This document shows positions 58,316-64,000 of a stretch of DNA of 64,000 nt, piece after piece. Below the pieces are notes generated by a model. The model ran no database searches and was not told where the DNA came from. It worked only from the letters and a program-made list of their open reading frames with translations. The DNA is taken from assembly GCA_903919065.1 (NCBI GenBank), contig CAIXHD010000345.1, forward strand, positions 19,005-83,004. The letters are read 5' to 3'. Position 1 is the first letter of the stretch. The number at the start of each line of letters is the position of its first letter. The translations under genes and the position numbers were made by a program. This DNA comes from an uncultured Bacteroidota bacterium (GTDB lineage Bacteria > Bacteroidota > Bacteroidia > Bacteroidales > UBA12481).

Positions 58316-58340
58316 GTTCTGATAATTTTGGTTCCAAACA

Positions 58341-58348
58341 CAAAATTA
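58341..58348 (-). promoter_or_regulatory. Bacteroidetes-type -7 box (TAATTTTG on minus strand) upstream of the OmpA-family gene
   Basis: rc of CAAAATTA. 25 nt upstream of the ATG at 58315. Confidence 0.3.
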
Positions 58349-58371
58349 CAACATTTATTTCTTACCGGCGA

Positions 58372-59562
58372 TCAAGCTCTCTTTGCCCGCTCCCAATTAA
58401 CGGATTGCTTCTTCCTGATATACCTGTAAAAACCAAGGTAAACCGAATAGTTCATGATAAAGAAATAATAGGGTACAAAAAGGACTTTGACCCTTATGTG
58501 CCGGTTCTCCAAAATCCAGCCCAGGATCGAACATAAATAGAAGAAAACCTGTCCTGCAAAAAGCAAGCTGTAAAACCCCGGATTGCCGGTTTGGATTTCC
58601 TTAATGAATAGAATAACGTTCAATATTAAAATGAAAAGTAGCGACAAAGGAGCCAATGACCATCGGAGAACCCGGTGAGAGATGTATTGAAAAGATAATC
58701 GTCCGTACTTAAAAATATTTAACAATGCTCGAAGCCGCACGATGGATTGGATACCACCGGCTGAAATTCTTATCTTCCTTTTAAGTTCTTCCTTTACAGT
58801 AGCTGAAGCTGTTTCACTGGCAAAAGCCTCCGGATTATATTGAATTGTATAGCCTTTCATTGCTATCCGAAGCGAAATTATAAAATCGTCTAAAAGAGTA
58901 TCCGGTTCAACATCCTGATACAGCTCAGTTCGGACTGCAAACAATTCACCGGCAGCGCCAACAACTGAATACCACTCAGCATCCCACTTTTTAAGGGTGG
59001 ATTCGTACTTCCAATAAATCCCCTCCCCTGCCCCTGCAGCAGTTTCAGAGCCCTGCCCCTGAATTCGTTTTTCGCCCGACACACACCCTACTTTAGGGTT
59101 CCGGAACATATCTACAATAAGTCTTAGCGAATCTTTCCCGAGTGCTGTATTGGCATCAGAAAAAACAATGATCGGGGTTTTCACCATTTTAACTGCCCGG
59201 TTCATAGCTGCAATTTTCCCTCGCCGCTCGGGTTGATGTAAAACAGTTATATCAGAAAAACGGGCCAAAATATCAGGGGTGCCATCATCAGATCCGTCTG
59301 TTACCCAAACCATTTTCACCTTATCGCGTGGATAATCCAGTTGCAGGCTATTTTCAACTTTTCGGATCACATAATCTTTCTCATTATAAGCAGCAACAAG
59401 AAGTGTTATTTCCGGCTGATAATCCAGGTTACCATCATAGGGCTTTCCCAGTCCAAATAACCGTCGCAGCCTGATAATTATAAAAAGGAGCATTCCGTAT
59501 CCGATATATGCATAGAAAACTACGAATACTAATGTCCAGAAGATAATTGTGATTAACATCAT
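58372..59562 (-). CDS. Membrane-embedded glycosyltransferase family 2 (synthase-type)
   Basis: N-terminal TM, GT-A core (LLVAAYNE, VTDGSDDGT, VFSDANT), RKIRISAGG in place of QxxRW, several C-terminal TM helices. Confidence 0.75.
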   Translation of the reverse strand: MMLITIIFWTLVFVVFYAYIGYGMLLFIIIRLRRLFGLGKPYDGNLDYQPEITLLVAAYNEKDYVIRKVENSLQLDYPRDKVKMVWVTDGSDDGTPDILARFSDITVLHQPERRGKIAAMNRAVKMVKTPIIVFSDANTALGKDSLRLIVDMFRNPKVGCVSGEKRIQGQGSETAAGAGEGIYWKYESTLKKWDAEWYSVVGAAGELFAVRTELYQDVEPDTLLDDFIISLRIAMKGYTIQYNPEAFASETASATVKEELKRKIRISAGGIQSIVRLRALLNIFKYGRLSFQYISHRVLRWSLAPLSLLFILILNVILFIKEIQTGNPGFYSLLFAGQVFFYLCSILGWILENRHIRVKVLFVPYYFFIMNYSVYLGFYRYIRKKQSVNWERAKRA

Positions 59563-59575
59563 ATTCCCCCTCCGA

Positions 59576-60190
59576 TCATACTTTTTCCCAAAGCCCTGAT
59601 TCGCTATTATACTTTTTTATCACTCTTGCCGGATTTCCTGCAACAACCGAATAGGCAGGAACATCCTTGGTAACCACGCTGCCTCCGGCAATGATTGAAT
59701 GTTTTCCAATCCTTACACCGGCAACCACAATTGAATTCGCACCCACCCAAACTTCATCCTCTATTATAATTACCTTTTTGGTAACAGGCTGCTTATGAGG
59801 AACTTTAGTCACATCCTCATAACCATGATTGAGTCCGGAGAGAACAATATTCTGGGCCAGCATAACATCATTACCAATAGTTACAGGGCCAATAATAACA
59901 TTGCTCAACCCAATCCGGGTGCGGTCTCCGATCAGCACATCACCCACTCCATTATTTACTGTGCAGAAATCTTCAATAGTAGAATCGTTTCCAAGGATGA
60001 AATTATTGAATGGCATAACATCCATTCGGGTGTTGCGGCAAATTCTTGCATTTTTCCCCTTTTTGTGTTTTAAGGGATTCAGAAACAACTTAACCAAAAG
60101 ACGCGGTCGGGCTTGATTCTTTGGCATCATTGCGCGTAAAGCCAATTCCTTAAGTTTGGGATCAGCCTTAATTTTATCTATTATACTCAT
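59576..60190 (-). CDS. Hexapeptide-repeat (LbH) sugar O-acyltransferase
   Basis: Left-handed beta-helix repeats (IGDRTRIGLSNVIIGPVTIGNDVML ... VWVGANSIVVAGVRIGKHSIIAGGSVV) and AGNPARVI. Confidence 0.8.
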   Translation of the reverse strand: MSIIDKIKADPKLKELALRAMMPKNQARPRLLVKLFLNPLKHKKGKNARICRNTRMDVMPFNNFILGNDSTIEDFCTVNNGVGDVLIGDRTRIGLSNVIIGPVTIGNDVMLAQNIVLSGLNHGYEDVTKVPHKQPVTKKVIIIEDEVWVGANSIVVAGVRIGKHSIIAGGSVVTKDVPAYSVVAGNPARVIKKYNSESGLWEKV

Positions 60191-60208
60191 ACGGTAACGA
60201 ATTTATCT

Positions 60209-61402
60209 TCATTTCTTAATCATTTCCAGAGACTTGAAAATTTCATTCACATTATTTTCCCAGGTATGACTCCTTGCAAAACTTTTTCGTTTTTGGATTT
60301 TGCTGGCGCTGTTCTCCTTAAGTGCTTTTTCAATGAGTGAGATATAATCATCTGCCGTTGCTCCCAAATAAACATGATCAGCGAAATAATCCATCGCAGC
60401 CGTAGTGCTTGCTATAACCGGTTTCCCCATGGAAAGGTATTCATCGATCTTCCGCGGATAATTCCCCATTGTTAAATCATTGATTATTTGAGGATTGATA
60501 CAGATATCAAAACTATTGATATAGGCAGGAAGGCCTTCCGGCTTTCGGGGTCCGGTAAATATAACATTGGCTAATTGATGAAGAACACTAGCCTTAAAAT
60601 CATTATCTTCAGGACCAACCAATACAATCGTCCAATCAGCCCGGGCTCTTGCCAACTCTTCAATTAACCTGATATTCAGCCTAAGGGTACTAAGAAACCC
60701 TACATACCCAATAATTGGCTTTTTCAAGGACCTAAGCTCTTCAGGTATTTCAAATTCATGAATATCATTATTGTAGGCATCTATATCACAACCCTGCCCA
60801 ACCATATATGAATGATCATTGAATTTTTTACCATATTCTGTAAACAGTAAAGAATTATTTACTATTACATCGGCTTTACTGATAAGGTCCGGTTCCAACC
60901 GCAACCCATGTTTTCTCCAAAATGGAACTTGCATTAAATTATCCCGCATATAGTAAATATAATGAGCAGGCATTAACAATTCTTTCTGATAGAATCCAAG
61001 AAACATACTACTATCATTAAACAGGATATAATCCTTAAATCCTAACATCAAGGCAGCTTTTTTAATTTCATGGGCAAACCGCTTATTATTTATCCTGTTC
61101 AGCAGATCGAATGCTTTACCATCCGGTATCATGTTGATGGACTCGAGAATAGTCGCGGGATTTAGTACCCATAAGCCTGGGGAGATCATTTCAACTGCAT
61201 TCTCCTTGCCACGTAAAACCCTTATCCGTTTCTGTACCTTTTGTGTAGTCCGTTCCGCCCATCTTGTTTTTCTATCAAGTGGCGTATTAACATATAAGAC
61301 CCTGTTATTATGGGACATAACTTCAGCAATATTTTTACAATTACTGCCGATCTCTATATCCCAGGCCTGAATACCGATAATTATGATGTCGCGATTTTTC
61401 AT
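60209..61402 (-). CDS. Glycosyltransferase (GT-B fold, GT4/TuaH-like)
   Basis: 397 aa. Two Rossmann-like halves. C-terminal half GYVGFLSTLRL...IVLVGPED...GNYPRKIDEYLSMGKPVIAS. Confidence 0.6.
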   Translation of the reverse strand: MKNRDIIIIGIQAWDIEIGSNCKNIAEVMSHNNRVLYVNTPLDRKTRWAERTTQKVQKRIRVLRGKENAVEMISPGLWVLNPATILESINMIPDGKAFDLLNRINNKRFAHEIKKAALMLGFKDYILFNDSSMFLGFYQKELLMPAHYIYYMRDNLMQVPFWRKHGLRLEPDLISKADVIVNNSLLFTEYGKKFNDHSYMVGQGCDIDAYNNDIHEFEIPEELRSLKKPIIGYVGFLSTLRLNIRLIEELARARADWTIVLVGPEDNDFKASVLHQLANVIFTGPRKPEGLPAYINSFDICINPQIINDLTMGNYPRKIDEYLSMGKPVIASTTAAMDYFADHVYLGATADDYISLIEKALKENSASKIQKRKSFARSHTWENNVNEIFKSLEMIKK

Positions 61403-61406
61403 TATT

Positions 61407-62555
61407 CTATATTGTACCGGTCCCTACTTCCTCATATATTGCTAAAACCTTTTTAGCCATTTCCAGCCAGGAGAACTTAGCGGAATTTGCGATTCCTTTT
61501 TTGATCAGATCTGCGTGCAGCTTTTCGTCCGACATAATCCGGATCATGGCATCACAAATTTCTTCAGGTTTGGATGGATCGATGATCAATGCACCATCCC
61601 CGGCAACTTCGGGCATGGAAGAAGTGTTTGACGTAATTACCGGAATTCCGCAACTCTGAGCTTCAAGGATCGGAATACCAAAACTTTCGCGGTACGAGGG
61701 ATAAAGGAAAATGTCGGCCAGATTATAAATACCCGGAAGTTCCGCATTGTTTACATAACCAGTCAGAAATATCTGGCTCATTAAATCTGGTTCCTCTATC
61801 TCATTCAATATTATTCCAAGATCCTGCATATCAAAGTCGAGCATGACTAATGGAATCTTATTCCCGGTTTTTTTCTGATACAAGGCAAAGGCTTTTAAAG
61901 TTCCCGGAGTATTTTTCTTCTGAACGGTATTTCCCAGAAAAAAGAAAAAGTGTTCCGGAAGCTTATATTTTTCGCGGATCATCGCGAGATATTCCTTATC
62001 GTCAATCACTTTAAAATGCTCGCTCACTCCATTATATACCGCACGAAGCTTGCCCGGAGCCATTTTAAAGAAGGCCGCGATCCTTTCCTTTTCAAATTCG
62101 CTTACAGTTATAACGCACGAACTCTTTTTAAGGACAATTGGAACATTATGGCGTCTGTAGATATTTCCAAAACGTTGATAAGAGGTTCCTTTGCTACTAA
62201 TAAGGGACAACAAGCTTCCTTCCATGTATATGATGTCATGCAGGGTGAGAACCAAAGGAAGTCCCGGCATTTCGGGTGCGGTATTGCTCGTGCAATGAAG
62301 CAAGTCGCAATGCATCCTTCGAACTGCTTTTGGAAGAGCGATTTGCTCCCATATCGGATAAGGTCCGGCATTAACTTCAACAATTTTAAAGTTGAATGTT
62401 TCTTCTATGCAGCGATCTTCATCGGGTTTTACAAAAATGAAGTAATCATTGACCTTGTCAATGTTCTGAAGATTCCTGATCAGTTCAAGAACAACAACAT
62501 CCATTCCATGCTTCTTATTGCGGAACAATCTCTGAGCTTCGATTCCAATTCTCAT
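61407..62555 (-). CDS. Glycosyltransferase family 4 (GT-B, retaining)
   Basis: C-terminal EX7E region YPSYRESFGIPILEAQSCGIPVITSN. 382 aa. Confidence 0.85.
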   Translation of the reverse strand: MRIGIEAQRLFRNKKHGMDVVVLELIRNLQNIDKVNDYFIFVKPDEDRCIEETFNFKIVEVNAGPYPIWEQIALPKAVRRMHCDLLHCTSNTAPEMPGLPLVLTLHDIIYMEGSLLSLISSKGTSYQRFGNIYRRHNVPIVLKKSSCVITVSEFEKERIAAFFKMAPGKLRAVYNGVSEHFKVIDDKEYLAMIREKYKLPEHFFFFLGNTVQKKNTPGTLKAFALYQKKTGNKIPLVMLDFDMQDLGIILNEIEEPDLMSQIFLTGYVNNAELPGIYNLADIFLYPSYRESFGIPILEAQSCGIPVITSNTSSMPEVAGDGALIIDPSKPEEICDAMIRIMSDEKLHADLIKKGIANSAKFSWLEMAKKVLAIYEEVGTGTI

Positions 62556-62582
62556 GTGGTTATTTTTTCAATGTCCTGATTT

Positions 62583-63794
62583 TTAAGGATCGATTCCGTG
62601 GCTGGTATGAATAAAGCTTTTGTTAGCGTTCTTTACCCTGAATAATGATCTGAGCATAAGTAGAAATCCACGCGGTAAGGACAGCAATGCGGCTAAGGTT
62701 CGTAAACTATAAAGTTTTCGGGGGATCGATAATAGAAGAGCAACCACTGTAAATGACCAGATCACGAGCCAGTTTATAAAACTGAAAGCAAAGGTTTCCC
62801 AAGCAAAGTGAGAATTAATCATTGAAAAAACTCCTGATCCGATCATAATAATGGTAAGTAATCCTAACAATAGAATCCGGGGAGGCAGGATCATCTGATA
62901 GACTTTATCGAAATAATCGATATTAAGGCGGCTGACAAACTGTATGATTCCGTCGATGGCAAATCTGCGGAAATAGATTAGCTGAGCAGAAATCCAGCGG
63001 CGCCGCTGATTTTCAAAAACAGCCTCCTTCTGAACCTTTTCGTCCAGCACAATTGCGTCAGCCAGGTATTCAATAAGGACTCCATTTTTCAAAAGATTCA
63101 ATTCCAGTTCTTTATCAAATCCTCCAATGGCCTTTATCTCTTTCATAGTCCTTTTAAAAAACTCATATTCAAAAGCCATTCCGGAACCAATCAAAGCGGA
63201 TGATAATCCAACTACCCGGTGTCCCTTGCGGAAGATATGGTTATTGATCTCCTCGCTTATTGTGTCGAGCAGTGCAAGATTATTGTTCATGTTTTTTGCC
63301 TGCCTGTGCCCCTGGACAACCTTAAATCCATTTTCAAAGGCATCGTTGATTTTTTTCAGGAACCCGTTTTCCATTAGGTTATCAGCATCCAGGATCAAAG
63401 CAATATCAAAATCATCACCAATAGCGTCCATGGCTGAATTCAAAGCTTTAGTCTTTGTACTCTTATCAAAAACGACCTCAACCACCCTGATTGGCAACAA
63501 TTTAAGACTTTCAACCGTCTCCTTCTGAAAGGAATCAGCAATCACGATGACCTGATAGGACTCAGATGGATAATCTTGTTCGAGGGCTTGCCTTGCCACT
63601 TCGAGAATGACTGAATCTTCCTTATATCCTGGAATCAGAACAGCAATTTTTCGTATGGACAGGCTATGCCCCTTTTTTACCCGATATGGAAATATCCCGG
63701 CGAAGCTAAAGAACAGGATATAGCAGGCAGCCAAACCAAGATAGGTAAAAGCGAAAAGTTCGATCAGTCTAACAATAAAAATTATAAGGTCCAT
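62583..63794 (-). CDS. Membrane-embedded processive-type glycosyltransferase family 2
   Basis: N-terminal TM, GT-A core (VLIPGYKED, LILDADN), QRRRW motif (ENQRRRWISAQ), at least 3 C-terminal TM helices. Confidence 0.8.
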   Translation of the reverse strand: MDLIIFIVRLIELFAFTYLGLAACYILFFSFAGIFPYRVKKGHSLSIRKIAVLIPGYKEDSVILEVARQALEQDYPSESYQVIVIADSFQKETVESLKLLPIRVVEVVFDKSTKTKALNSAMDAIGDDFDIALILDADNLMENGFLKKINDAFENGFKVVQGHRQAKNMNNNLALLDTISEEINNHIFRKGHRVVGLSSALIGSGMAFEYEFFKRTMKEIKAIGGFDKELELNLLKNGVLIEYLADAIVLDEKVQKEAVFENQRRRWISAQLIYFRRFAIDGIIQFVSRLNIDYFDKVYQMILPPRILLLGLLTIIMIGSGVFSMINSHFAWETFAFSFINWLVIWSFTVVALLLSIPRKLYSLRTLAALLSLPRGFLLMLRSLFRVKNANKSFIHTSHGIDP

Positions 63795-63797
63795 AGT

Positions 63798-64000
63798 TTA
63801 ATGCAGATATTGGTTTTTACTGTCGAGGGAAAATCTGCGAAAATTCCAAAAATAAGCTCTCCAAACGCATTTTGCCAAATCGAATTTTCCTTTTATCAAA
63901 TAGGACAGCACTGCTTTTGGAAATGCGATTAACGATAAATACAATACTGCCAAAGCTTTACGAAATCCCTTACAGTTCCTCCTGGCAAAAACAAGACGGT
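63798..64000 (-). CDS. C-terminal fragment of a further glycosyltransferase-like protein, 5' end outside the window
   Basis: Minus-strand frame is open from the window edge to TAA 63800-63798. Translation is ...KGFRKALAVLYLSLIAFPKAVLSYLIKGKFDLAKCVWRAYFWNFRRFSLDSKNQYLH, resembling GT2 (WcaA-like) C-termini. The stop is 3 nt from the next ATG. Confidence 0.5.
   Translation of the reverse strand, partial: RLVFARRNCKGFRKALAVLYLSLIAFPKAVLSYLIKGKFDLAKCVWRAYFWNFRRFSLDSKNQYLH

Noticed and set aside
58323-58330. Plus-strand TAATTTTG box in the OmpA/GT2 spacer
   Set aside because: It would drive transcription antisense into the GT2 gene with no plus-strand ORF to serve. It is taken as a chance match and a reminder that the -7 motif calls are weak.
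61950-62579. 209-aa plus-strand ORF, the longest antisense ORF in the window
   Set aside because: It is fully antisense to a well-supported GT4 gene with an EX7E motif. It has odd composition (rich in F/N/K/I), no signal or domain motif, and no promoter box. It is most likely a shadow ORF.
1-64000. Search by eye for CRISPR repeats, tRNA/rRNA genes, IS elements, integrases, phage or toxin-antitoxin/defence gene signatures
   Set aside because: None were recognised. There are no regularly spaced direct repeats, no tRNA-like T-arm (GGTTCGAAT-type) context, and no transposase, recombinase, nuclease or helicase ORFs. Absence is by inspection only, not by a computational scan.

Overview
This is a dense, roughly 95% coding chromosomal segment. 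By eye it looks like an anaerobic or facultative member of the Bacteroidota. Three things point that way: Bacteroidetes-type TAnnTTTG -7 boxes ahead of many starts, a type-A RNase P RNA, and envelope proteins of the SPOR, TSP3-OmpA, BatA and DUF3943 kinds. Rubrerythrin, IorAB and YgiQ suggest the anaerobic lifestyle.

I can support 54 protein-coding genes. Two are cut by the window edges, and one is a 59-aa ORF below the ORF-track cutoff. I also support one ncRNA (rnpB, minus strand), three intrinsic terminators, one leader hairpin and several weak promoter-box calls. I recognised no rRNA, tRNA, CRISPR array, transposase, integrase or phage genes.

Most of the content is housekeeping: rarA, kdsA, queA, mgsA, rnpB, transporters and radical-SAM enzymes. 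Peptide and amino-acid catabolism is over-represented (M19, C69 and M24B peptidases, a proline-racemase-family enzyme, rocD, threonine aldolase, iorAB).

The accessory-looking modules are:
- a C39-peptidase ABC exporter plus HlyD adaptor with no visible cargo gene, sitting behind a sigma/anti-sigma-like pair
- an ECF sigma plus an LTXXQ protein with a Gly8 tail
- a MerR/B12-like regulator
- an OM-barrel/SPOR protein paired with a serine-dehydratase homologue that appears to lack its Fe-S cysteines
- a small winged-helix ORF coupled to a CBM9-like lipoprotein
- a polysaccharide locus (58.4 kb to the window end) built around two membrane GT2 synthase-type enzymes

I did not find an unambiguous new defence-type or mobile system. 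The findings are candidates ranked honestly. All product calls rest on motifs recognised by eye, without database searches.
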